Below are positions 36,944 through 49,344 of a stretch of 64,000 nucleotides of DNA, piece by piece (the first letter of the stretch is position 1; each line of letters begins with the position of its first letter). The notes beneath the pieces were generated by a model, which saw only the letters and a list, made by a program, of their open reading frames with translations, was not told the DNA's origin and did no database searches. The position numbers and the translations under genes were made by a program. This DNA is from Eledone cirrhosa (taxonomy: Eukaryota): NCBI GenBank assembly GCA_964016885.1, contig OZ024740.1, positions 321,098,001 to 321,162,000 on the forward strand, written 5' to 3'.

Positions 36944-39751
36944 GTAAGACTAGATATATATATATTATATATATATATATATTGATTTGACCGTTTCAAT
37001 CTATGTCTTAGAGGAAGAACTTAATTTTCTTTCTTCTTTACTTTCACATTTTATTTTATTAACATTTCTATTAAAACGAATAGGTATATATATATGTAAT
37101 CGGTGAAAAATCGGGGCACTCTTCTATTATATATATATAGGTGACAATCATATATGTAATATAGATATCTATATTATATATATATATATACACACGCGTG
37201 TGTGTATTCTTTTATGATCCAAACTTAAATTAGCTGGAAAGAATTATAATCTCTGTCGAGTTCCTAACGATTTAATTATATTTAAGTTATGCATCATTCC
37301 ATGCTTGTGTGGGCTGGTTGGTTCTACTGTCGCTGAAAATAGCAACATTTATCTTTAAAATGCTTCAAAACCGGATCTTTTGTGGTATTTTTATAGAATT
37401 AAAACAGTTTAAGCTTTTCTTTTAAAATTAATATCATAATATCTCGCCTTGTGTTTTGAAAATAGAAAGAAAACAAACATATTTGCTGAATATAATTATT
37501 TCGCTCAATCGTAATGTATAGCTTTTATTTCTGATTTCTTTCAAAGTTGAAAAGAAAAAAATTATTGTATTTTTATTTTTAGCTGAACTTTTTATTCAGT
37601 TAAATTGTCAATGCAATGATTAAATAATTAAACAAACAGATGGGGTAAATTGTGAAGAATCTTACGGAGCTGCACGGTAGCAATGTGAAGGTCTGGCCTT
37701 GTTAACTTTCGTTACAATCCCTGTAATAATATAATCCATGGATATGAATACTTCCCTATAATAGTATTTATATTTAATGTTACCAATTACAGACTTTGCG
37801 TTTGTTTTATTGCTATACGTCTTTTGAGAAATGAATTCCCAATATCGCGAATATTGTTGTACACCTGACTGCTTCGAATATATTCTGCATCCGTAGAAAT
37901 TGTTTGTATGAATATATACACGAGTGATGCACTTTGTTGGCCTTGCAAAACAGTTCTGTTAAATACTAACTTGGAAATATATGTCAGTTCTTTGATCATT
38001 TTAGTTTTAATTATTATTACTGAATTTTACGAATTATTCATAGCTTAACTACGTATATGTTCATATTGAATTACTACGAACTTGTAATTTACTTCCTACC
38101 GTTTTTATAGTTGTTTCGAAGTACTTGCACTATTATTACAGAGATCGTTACAATTAAAATTGGTTTCCCCAGCTGTTTAAAGCGATGTTTATAGGCCAAC
38201 TCCTGCTGAAGTTGCTCTCTATAAAGGCAAAGTACCTCAGTTAGTTTCGATGTAATATAGAATATATTCTATATATTCTTCATATAATTTCATCAGTGAA
38301 TGTTTCCAGTTCATGTGTTTTATGATGGATTTCTATATGCATTCAGGCTGACACATTGGCTGTACTTATTATTTATTCCGTAATGTTTGATAGGAACCAG
38401 ATGAGTTGAGAGTGTCTAGTATCTTATATGAATGTGTTAAATTCGAGGAATATTTATCCATATAAACAAAAACTGACATGCCTATGGCTTTTTAGGTTCT
38501 CCTAGACTATAGTACAGAGATGACTGTGTGAGGTTAATATTTAGCTTGAATTAGAGGTTAGTGGTAGGCGGGAAAACTTTGCAAGTTATGGAATTTCAAA
38601 GAAAGAGATGAATGTAAGTGAATTGAGGCGAAGATGGTATAAAAAGGAGTTTTATGGAAGTAGTAATAGTAGGGGAGAGATTGAGAAAGGACTTTGGTGA
38701 AAGGTGGTTCAGTGTAAAATGGTGAGTGATAGCTAATTTACATTAAGTGACATGAGTAAAACCTTTCCAAAACAGACTCTGGTTCTGAGACAAAACCACC
38801 CTGTTTAAAGGGTTCTTATTTAAATTAAAATATTTCAATATAATTTTATGTAAGGACCATGTGTTAAGTTTCTATGTTACTAATGAAATAATTAATGAAT
38901 TTAGTAAATCCATCAAAATTCATCATTAATCAATTGAAATAGTCTATTTCATGAAAAATGTGGTCATGAAAGGGTCAAGGAGCTAGAATGTTGAACCTGT
39001 GGCCATGAATTCAAAACTCACAACCAAATCAAGGCATATAACTCTGTTTCTATTAACAAATGAAGGAGCCTCTGTGTAATCACTCGAGAAATAGCAGCCA
39101 AATCTCCCTCAAATCACATCCTATTTTCTTTAAAAAAGGAAGGACACATTTGATATACAAAAAGGGCAACATAAACGTAGTTGAAATGTCTTTGATCATC
39201 ATTCTACTTGATCAGGGCTGACCTAGAACTAAACGACAACTTGGGCTTCATTTATCCTGTTTGAAATAAAACAAAATAGCTTCTACTAATTCATGTTTAG
39301 TATTAGGAAAGACATCCAACTCGAAGCAATTAACAAAAACCATCTGATGACCCACAACTAGAATTTAACAAAGAAATTGAGATAAAAAAAGTAATCCTTT
39401 CTGAGTTTGATATGTTAATCTTAATAAAACTTGAACCTGAAGACAGTGCCCCAGTATGGCCTCAGTCCAATAAATGAAACCAATAGGAGAATGCAAGCGA
39501 ACTTTGATATGTAAAATTAGGGGGTGGGGTTGCTATGTATTCTAATTTTCTTGTGTATGAGGGGACCCTCCCTGAAGTGCTCTGGGCCCGTCCAAGGTCT
39601 AAATCCAACCCTGGTCATAGTTTAGGATCCTTTAATATTGAATAATGTAGGTGCTTGTCACAACATACTAAATTCATTAAGATAATGTATACAAATTCTG
39701 TAATTTTTCTTCACATGATTTTGATTTTCTTTTTCCTCAGTAGAATGAAAC

Positions 39752-40035
39752 ATGCCAAACATTGTTCAAGTCCAAAAGACCGAAGCCTTGAAATGCAAGC
39801 TTCGTCATGCATTTCTTGCAGTGCAACATTGTGCATCTGTGTGGCAGGAATGTGCTCGCCAGCAAGAAGTGGAACTTAAAGAACTTGTTAATCTATGTGA
39901 ACAGTACCAGTGTTGTTATGAGGCTAATGTGGAGTCTTTAGAGTTACCACCAAGTCTGAAGGAAGTAAAAACCAGGTTACTTTATGTTATTGTGGAAAAG
40001 ATAGAACAGAAACTCCATGCAGTTCATGCAACAAT
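39752..40035 (+). CDS. C1orf109: C1orf109 coding exon 1 (acceptor cag/tag at 39740/39743)
   Basis: 95-aa ORF in the track; donor ACAAT|gtaagt, phase 2. Confidence 0.9.
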
Positions 40036-43000
40036 GTAAGTCTTCAATCATTCTTTAACCTTTTGTTACAATATTTGTGAATACATGTCATCATCATCAT
40101 TCGTCGACTACTGTCGAGATGATGGATCTCACTCTCATGCCCCAGAATCCCCTGTCCCCCATCGCTGCCCCCAGGTCCTGTCTACTGATTCCCGTATCCC
40201 TAGAGATAACGTCAGGGAATGACAGCTTCCTACTCCTAGTCAGGCTGGAGTCAGGGTTCCAGAGCAAGAGAGCGGATATGATTTCATTGCTGGCACGGTG
40301 ACAGTGGCCAGCAAATTGAGCTCTCCGGAATTTTAGAAGGGCAGAGGCTCGAGGGAGTTTGCCATAGATTTTAGACAAGGTGGGATGTCGTTTCCAGGAT
40401 AGGTTTTGCACTCTCATTAAGAGGCGGGTATACATGTGGCTTTGTGATTAGAGATTCCTGAACCAGATGCAATGTGACCTTGAGCAAGACACTTTATTTC
40501 ACATCGTTCCAGTTCACTTGGCTGTAGAAATGAATTGTGACATCATTGGTGCCAAGCTGTATCAGCCATTACCTTTCCCTTGGACAACATCAATGGCATA
40601 GAGAAGCGAGGTTGCTGGTCTTCCACGAAAACATCCTGCTTGGGCTTGTACCTTAGAGGGGAACTTTCTAGGTATAAAACCCATTGTCATTCATGACCAA
40701 AGGGGGTTTTTACCTGTTACGATAATTCAAATGAAAAACACTGCTTATATAATAATTTTCTATTGATTTTACAAATAAACAAGAATTTGGAGGAATTTTG
40801 AGATAGTAATTTCTCATTATTAAACTGGTGTTTTAAAAAAAAAAAACCTTTAAAAAATGTCTGACATAAAATTATGATGGAAGATTTAACTTTAAAATAA
40901 ACAGCTTTGTATCATAGAACTAGGGGTGGTTTCAGGAAGGTTAATATCAAGAAGGTTAAGTTGTAAGATACAACAACTTGAATCTAATTCAGAAACAATA
41001 TTTCTGAGTATCTGACAATCTGGTAGCCATTTTATTTGATATATGTTGATATAATAAATATATTAGCTATGTCATCATCATCATCATCACCCATGCTAGC
41101 ACGGGTTAGATAAGCTGTCTTGATGTGAGAATGACCTTCTTGCTCATACAGAACTGTTTCTGGCTAGATTTCTACAGCTGGATGTCCTTCCTAATGCCAA
41201 CCACATTTAAAGTGTATTTGTATTGATATAATAAATTTATTTACTGTATTGCTAGATATTGATTTCTGATTTAAGTACAAGGCCAGTAAATTTAGGGGAA
41301 GAGCAAAGTTGATTAAATCAACCCTAGTACTTGACTGGTACTTTATTTTATTGAGCTTGGAAGGATGAAAGGCAAAGTTGACTTTACTGGGATTTGAACT
41401 CAGAATGTAAAGAACCAGAACAAATACCACAGTGACATTTTATCTGATGCTCTACCAATTCTACTAATTCAATTAAATGTGTAGCTAGATGTTGATATAA
41501 TAAATCTATCAGCTGTATTAATTAATAGAAGTTGATTAATAAATTCATTAGCTGTTACATGTTATTTAGATATTGTATCTACATTTATTTTCCTCCTTTT
41601 TAGATGTGAATTTCAAAAATCCTATGACAAAGTGAATCAAGCCAGAATTGATGCATTTGAACAGAAACCTGGGATGGTTTACTTGACTGAGAATAGAGTA
41701 ACGTCACCAACACTTGCTACCATGTTGGAATGGTTAGACGATACAGAAAGACAGGTTTTTGTACAATATCCTTCATCATGTGTCTCTTGTTTCGTTTGTT
41801 TTCCACTTTAGGAATCACTTGCTGATAGGTCATTGATCGTCATCATCATCATGATTATCATCCTTCCTCAATACATGATCCAGCTATCTCATTCCATTTC
41901 TCTTCACAACCTACACCAGTAGCTCTATTCCTCTCACTCAGCCACTATCATCCTTCCTCAACACATGACCCAACCATTTCATTCTATTCTCTTCACAACA
42001 TACACCACAGGCTTTATTTAATCATCCTCTCATTCAGCCACTTTCATCCTTCCTCCACACATGTGCCAGCCATCTATTATAATTTGCTGCCTTAACCAGT
42101 TTTAAGCTACACATGAAAAAATATTTACTGGATGAAATGAAGTATGGAGATGTGTCAGTCCTGCAGCAACTTCTCAAATCCTGGTTAGTTGATGACACCA
42201 AAGTAATCAATAAAATCAAAGGTATAGATGGTTTCTTTGCAATTTTCCACTAATTATTTTTATTTCCTTCATTTTCTTTTAATGTTTTTACACAAACAAC
42301 ATTGTGTATCACTCAGAAAATCCAAGGACGCTCTAGGACAGTGATTCCCAACGTGGGACACACACCCCACAGGGGGGCAATTTGGAAATTTAAGGGGTCC
42401 ATTTGAAAATGATGTTAATGAGAACAAACTTAAGGTTTTACTTTATTACTTTTACACCAAGGCAACTTTAGTACATATTACTGTCAGAAACTCCTGTCTC
42501 ACCTCTTCCACGTGTTATTGTGTATCTGGCACCACCTATACATCAATTTGTTTACACTTGGCAGTTGATCATTGCTGTTTTCATATCAAAGAGGAGAGTG
42601 GGGGGCATGGTACACAAAAGGTTGGGAACTACTGCTCTAGGATTACACAAAATTAAATCTAGACAGTTATACATAGAGTGAGACAGACAATGCAGTTAGC
42701 AGAGAAAGCTCACTTCCCTCCATACTCGTTTCATGAATTCTAAAAAAAAAATGTAAAGAATATTTATGCCAGATCTTAGCATTCATGTGTAACAGATGGA
42801 CAAAAGGCTGTACAGTTAAACTAATATCAGTTATTTTAACAAAGTTTATATTTATGGCATGTGTGTCCTGATTTTTAAAATAGTTTCACCATATCCCTGT
42901 GTATTGTATCAGGTGACTAAAAGGGTTGGCATCAGGAAGGACATCTGGATGTATAACATTGTGTCAAAACATCCTCTCCCACCTATGCCAGCATGGAAAA

Positions 43001-44203
43001 GGGGATATAAAAACGATGATGAGGATGAGTAAAGCAAACAAGAGGAAATAATATTATTGAATATGATAATAAGTAGGTCGTTGATGTATAGGAGGAACAG
43101 TGTTGGGACACAGAAGCAAACCTTGAGGCACATCACAGTTGATAAAATGTGGATCGTTGAAGGCTACATTCGTAGATACTGTGATGTTGAGCTCTGATAA
43201 AAAGTCTCCAACTCCCAAACTATAAATAGATGGAAGCCATATGTAGGCAATTTTACTGGGGAGATTCCTGTGTCAGACATCAATAGTTATTAAGGAGGGT
43301 AGAAGTGTCTATTAATGACTCACCATCACCTTTGAGATATTGAAGGTGAGGGTGCTAGGACAACAGTTGTATACTTTTGTTATTTAAGTGCTCGTGTCAC
43401 GATAAAATGCACCCAGTACACTCTGTAAAGCATTAGTGCTGGTGCCGCAATAAAATGCTCTGAGTTCTCTGTAATGTGGTAGTGCTGTGGCCAAGTAAAC
43501 TACACCTAGCACATTCTGTAAAGAGGTAGTGTTGGTGCCTTGATAAAATGCACCTGGCTCACTGTAAAGTGGCGTTGCTGGTGCCACGATAAAAGGCACC
43601 CAGTACATTCTGTAAAATGATTAGCGTTAGGAAGGGTATCAGGCCCTAGAAGTCGTGCCAAAATATATTTATGTATAAACTTTTTCTGTGTGTGTGTCTA
43701 TGTCGAGTTGTCTCCCTTAATGTCCTGTAATGATTAAAATAATATGACGTCATTGAAAAAATGCTTTTTTCCTCATGCAGATATTTGTAACTACACCACA
43801 TTAAATATGCGTGCATATGGTATGCGTTGAACGTCTATCGGTTCCGACGATGAGTGCTCCATTTGTTCGAACAACGGATCTATCCACTCGGGAATTAACG
43901 TGCAAGTGGCTGAGCTTTTCACAGACATGTGCATCCTTAATGTTGTTCTCTGAGAGATTTAGCATGACACAGTGTGATATAAGGTTGACTGCTTTTGCCA
44001 ACTGAGTGAACTGGAGTAACGTGAAATCAAGTATCTTGCTCAAGGACACAATACACTATTGGGAATAGAACTCATGACCTTACGAATGTGAGCCAAACAA
44101 CCTAGCCATTAAGCTATGTGCCTTCACAGATTAAATATACACTGCATTATATATATATACTACATTACATATATACACTGCATTTTCTCTCTCTCTCTCT
44201 CTG

Positions 44204-44237
<34 letters not shown>

Positions 44238-45717
44238 TCATCATCATCATCATCATCATCGTTTAACGTCCATATTCCACGCTTGCATGGGTTTGGACGT
44301 ATATCATCATCATCATCATCATCATCAGGTTTAGCGTCCGTGTTCCACGCTTGCATGGGTTTGGACGGGGGTTTTCCCACTTGAGGCAAGAGTGGTTGTC
44401 TTGCTCGCATAGGACTGTCTGGCGGGTTTTCTACAGTTGGATGCCCTTCCTAACACCAACCACATTTACAGTGTGGGGCTGGGAGGTTTTTACCGTGTTG
44501 CCTACACGGCCACATTACAGCGTGGACTGTCTGGCGGGTTTTCTACAGCTGGATGCCCTTCCTAACACCAACCACATTTACAGTGTGGGGCTGGGAGGTT
44601 TTTACCGTGTTGCCTACACGGCCACATTTACAGCGTGGACTGTGTGTTTTTTTGTCGTGACACCTACACGATCTCATTTGTTTCGGCCTGGATGTTGTGG
44701 GACCAACATAACTGTACATTGAAAGGGGCGGTGTGAATGGGGTGGAGGTGGTGGGACCGGGGGGGGGGTGTTTTGATAGAGATGCCTACTGACTGTAGTA
44801 GGTTTTTACTTTGTATTTAGGTAAGGCGGGTCTTCTCTATTACTGAGTACCGCCAAAGGTCTCGGTCCAGTGACATTGTCTTGGAGAGGTGTAAGCGTGT
44901 GAGGTCGGAATTTATCAGCTCGTCCCATGTTTTTCTGGGTCTGCCTACTCCGTGGCTACCGTCTATCTTTATTGCCCTGCACTTTGTTATACAGCTGTCG
45001 TCTTTCATGCGCATCACGTGACCGTACCAACGTAGCCTTCTCTCGAGTAAACAACATCTGATCCCTCTTATTTCTAATTTTTTCCTTAGTTCGTTTATGC
45101 TTTGCCGTTCACGTATATTACTATTGCACATCCAGCGGAGCATGCAAGCTTCGTTCCTCTCTAGTCTGCGTATATCCTCTGCACACAATGCCCAGGTCTC
45201 ACTGCCATGCAGCATTGCTGTTCGTATGCAGGCATCGTATAACCTGCCTTTCATTTTTAGGGAGAACCCTCTAGCGGCTAATAGTGGTATAAGCTCTCTG
45301 AACTTTTTCCATCCAGTTCTGACTCTAGCTACTGTACTTTCAGAGCACCCTCCCCCACTGCTGATTTTGTCACCCAGGTAACGGAAGCTGTCCACTATTT
45401 CTATAGAACCCTCTGCGCAGTTGAAGGAGCTAGTATTTTGTGGGCACTTGCTGCTACTTATTGCACCAGAGCACCGGCCACATGTAAAATCTATGTTCTT
45501 AGTTAGCTTACCTGTGATCCCACTACATCTTTTATGCACCCATACTTTGCATTTGGGACATAAAATGGAGTTTCTACCTACGCCTTTCCTACACACTGAG
45601 CATGGCCATTTCCCAGATGGGACTGCCGCCATATTTTCTTTCCTACAAACTAGAACTTTTGTCTTAGCCAGGTTAATTTTAAGGCCTTTTGATTCTAGGC
45701 CGTGCTTTCATGTTTGG

Positions 45718-45763
<46 letters not shown>

Positions 45764-47111
45764 TCATTTCATCATTTCATTTCATTTTATGTCCGCTTTT
45801 CCCTGCTTGCAAGGGTGGGACGGGAACTGATTTTGGCTTGATTTCTACAGCTGGATGCCCTTCCTAACACCAACCTCATTCACAGTGAGTGCCGGGTGCT
45901 TTTTTGCCGTGGCGCCTACACGTCCACTTTGCAGTGGAATGATAGGGAACCCGGTCCCTATCATCTCATTTCTACAGCTGAGTAAACTGGAGCAATGTGA
46001 AATAAAGTGTCTTGCTCAAGGAAACAACACATCACCCGGTCTGAGAATTGAACTCACAACCTTTCGATTGCAAGGCCAATGCTCTAACCACTAAGCCATG
46101 TGCCTATATATATATATATACACAACCTGTGCATGGCTGGGATCGTATACGGAGGCACATGGCTTAGTGGTTAGAGCATTGAGCTTGCAATCAAAAGGTT
46201 GTGAGTTCAATTCTCAGATCAGGTGATGTGTTGTTTCCGTGAGCAAGACACTTTATTTCACATTACTCCAGTTTACTCAGCTGTAGAAGTGGGATGATAG
46301 GGACTGGGGTCCCTATCATTCCACTGCAAAGTAGTTGTGGAGATGCCATGACAAAAAAGCACCCAGCCCACAAGCTTGCTTGGTGAGGCAGTTGATTTTG
46401 GACACCCTGCAGGATGAAAAACAAAACCTGTCAAAGAGTGGAGGAATTGAGGAGAGTCAACGGCCATCCAATAAATTCTTAAATTTATACATACATATAC
46501 ACTACATTATGTATACTCTACATTATCACTCTCTCTAAATATATATATATATACATATATAAATATAAACTACATTATATATACACTCTTCTCATCATCA
46601 TTTATTGCTCTTGCTTGATGGAGCTGGAGCCATCCTGATCAACGGTCCCTGAGGTGTCATCATGCGCTATATATATGCTACATTAACTATTTGCAACACT
46701 AACTTCAGGAAACCTTCCAATCAGGCAAATACACAAGCCAGATTAACTTCTTGCTTGTTTGAAAACGGGATAAACAGATAGTTATGAATTCTCTCACCTC
46801 TTTCTATTCAAACCGACTGTAACTGGCCCCTCATACTGATGTTAAGGTGTTGTTATCAAAATAAATAATATCAAAATCTCATAGATTCGATATTATGTGA
46901 GGTAAAGCCTTTACCATGGAAATATAATAGTAAATATAGAGTAATGTAAATGCTAAAGGGTTAAACAACAAATGAAGAAGTGCTTATGGTCATATAATTC
47001 TCGTCCAATCCATGTCAGAAAGGAAAAACATTCGTAGAATATAATGTTGATGATTTCTTATCTTTTTCAGAAAGACTTCTTTATTTGGAGGACTTCATGA
47101 ATGAACCGTAA
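39752..47111 (+). CDS. C1orf109: C1orf109/AIRIM (AFG2-interacting ribosome maturation factor) orthologue, 200 aa; join(39752-40035,41604-41765,42106-42221,47071-47111)
   Basis: 603-nt spliced ORF. SPTLATMLEWLDDTERQVFVQLHMKKYLLDEMKYGD matches human SPSVADMLEWLQDIERHYRKSYLKRKYLLSSIQWGD; LVNLCEQYQ matches LSNLAEQLQ; C-terminal ERLLYLEDFMNEP* resembles DILLNVSFFLEE*. Confidence 0.92.
40088..40435 (-). mobile_element. RTE/RTEX-like LINE 3' end with (GAT)n tail, inside a MITE
   Basis: YTRLLMRVQNLSW..RRAQFAGHCHR..LLLWNP, typical LINE C-terminus. Confidence 0.8.
41604..41765 (+). CDS. C1orf109: C1orf109 coding exon 2
   Basis: cctttttag|ATGTGAA...GTACA|atatcctt; contains the conserved SPTLATMLEWL motif. 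Confidence 0.9.
41766..42105 (+). other. U12-type (minor spliceosome) intron, probably AT-AA
   Basis: 5' site ATATCCTT at 41766; branch motif GCCTTAAC at 42089-42096; the in-frame, gap-free join needs the 3' end at AA 42104-42105. Confidence 0.8.
42106..42221 (+). CDS. C1orf109: C1orf109 coding exon 3
   Basis: LHMKKYLLDEMKYGDVSVLQQLLKSWLVDDTKVINKIK; donor AAAG|gtatag, phase 1. Confidence 0.85.
42339..42634. mobile_element. hAT (Charlie-like) MITE
   Basis: TIRs CAGTGATTCCCAAC / GTTGGGAACTACTG; perfect 8-bp TSD CTCTAGGA (42331-38, 42635-42). Confidence 0.9.
43800..44125 (-). mobile_element. tRNA-derived CORE-like SINE with a different 3' part
   Basis: Head GAAGGCACATAGCTTAATGG..GAGTTCTATTCC, core GTCCTTGAGCAAGATACTTG. 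Confidence 0.7.
44236..45719 (-). mobile_element. Young 5'-truncated RTE LINE (open frame 45719-44817, 3' UTR, doubled (GAT)n tail) inserted in (TA)n
   Basis: About 300 uninterrupted codons: GLKINLAKTKVL, Cys/His finger, [32 protein letters not shown]; (TA)n at both ends. Confidence 0.93.
45770..46105 (-). mobile_element. CORE-like tRNA SINE
   Basis: Same head and core as 6535-6975. Confidence 0.87.
46151..46372 (+). mobile_element. CORE-like tRNA SINE, inverted partner of 45770-46105
   Basis: GGCACATGGCTTAGTGGTTAGAGCATTG...GAGTTCAATTCTC. Confidence 0.87.
46787..46964. mobile_element. TTAA MITE family 1, left end missing
   Basis: Ends GTAATGTAAATGCTAAAGGGTTAA; body as in 17154-17360. Confidence 0.8.
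47071..47111 (+). CDS. C1orf109: C1orf109 last coding exon
   Basis: tctttttcag|AAAGACTT...CCG TAA; ERLLYLEDFMNEP*. Confidence 0.82.
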
Positions 47112-47411
47112 TTAAAAATGACTTAGAATCCAATGGAATCTAACTGGGTATATTCTCCGGATCAGAACTAAAAGAAAACATAAAATTATTTGTGATTAAC
47201 TGGATTTAACATCCCATTACTCTCAGGGAAGACACGTACGTGTTTCTATGATTACCAAAACTTTTAAAGGAACCGATTATCAGATTGGACCAAGGGAACA
47301 ATGTTTCATTGGTCTTTCCATTGCCGATATTATCTGCTGGTTGCTAATGAAATCAACTGATTACTTTTGGTTTGTGGTTTAAGACTGGAGAATGTTTTAT
47401 TCTTGTCAAGG

Positions 47412-47441
47412 TGTTATATGTTATATATATATGTATATATA

Positions 47442-47485
<44 letters not shown>

Positions 47486-47486
47486 G

Positions 47487-47518
<32 letters not shown>

Positions 47519-47519
47519 G

Positions 47520-47553
<34 letters not shown>

Positions 47554-47554
47554 G

Positions 47555-47586
<32 letters not shown>

Positions 47587-47598
47587 GTATATATATGA

Positions 47599-47682
<84 letters not shown>

Positions 47683-47731
47683 GATATGTATATATATGAT
47701 ATATATGTATATATAGAGAGAGAGAGCGAGA

Positions 47732-47769
<38 letters not shown>

Positions 47770-49180
47770 GAATATGTATGTTATATGTATATTTATATGG
47801 TATATGTTATATGTATATATATATATATATGTTATATGTATATATATGTTATGTATATATATGTTATATATATATAGAGAGAGATGTATATGTATATATA
47901 TATATATATATTATGAATATGTATGTTATATGTATATTTATATGTTATATATATATGTTATATATATATATATGTTATATGTATATATATGTTATATGTA
48001 TATATATGTTATATGTATATATATGTTATATGTATATATATGTTATATGTATATATATGTTATGTATATATATGTTATGTATATATATGATATGTATATA
48101 TATATGTTATGTTATATATATGTAGGTATAAGCTATATATATATATGTATATATATGTATTTATATATATATATGTATTTATATATGTATATATCTATAT
48201 ATATATATGTATATATCTATATATATATATTTATATATATATGTATATATTTATATATATATATATATGATATATATATATGATATATGTATATATATGA
48301 TATATGTATATATATGATATATGTATATATATGATATATGTATATATATGTATATATGATATATGTATATATGATATATGTATATATATATGATATATGA
48401 TATATGTATATATGATATATGTATATATATATATGATATATGTATATATATATATATATATATGATATATGTATATATATATATATATATATGATATATG
48501 TATATATATATATATATATATGATATATATATATATATGATATATGATATATGTATATATATGATATATATGTATATATTATATATGATATATATGTATA
48601 TATTATATATGTATATATATATATTATATATGTATATATATATATATTATATATGTATATATATATTATATATGTATATATATATATGATATATGTATAT
48701 ATATGATAAATGTATATATATGATATATGTATATATATGATAAATGTATATATATGATAAATGTATATATATGATAAATGTATATATATGATATATGTAT
48801 ATATATGTATATATATGTATATATATGATATATGTATATATATGATATATGTATATATATGATATATGTATATATATGATATATGTATATATATGATATA
48901 TGTATATATATGTTATATGTATATATAAATCTGTGTATATATATGTTATATATATATATATATATATCTGTGTATATATATGTCATGTATATATATATGT
49001 TATATATATCTGTGTATATATATGTCACATATATATATATATATGTTTTATATATGTATATATGTTATATATATATGTATATATGTTATATATATATGTA
49101 TGTATATATGTTGTATGTATATGTTATATATATATGTATGTATGTATGTTATATATATATATGTGTATATATATGTTATA

Positions 49181-49223
<43 letters not shown>

Positions 49224-49301
49224 GTTATATATATATGTATATGTATGGTATATATATATGTATATATATGGTATATATATATGTATATATATGCTGTATA
49301 C

Positions 49302-49344
<43 letters not shown>

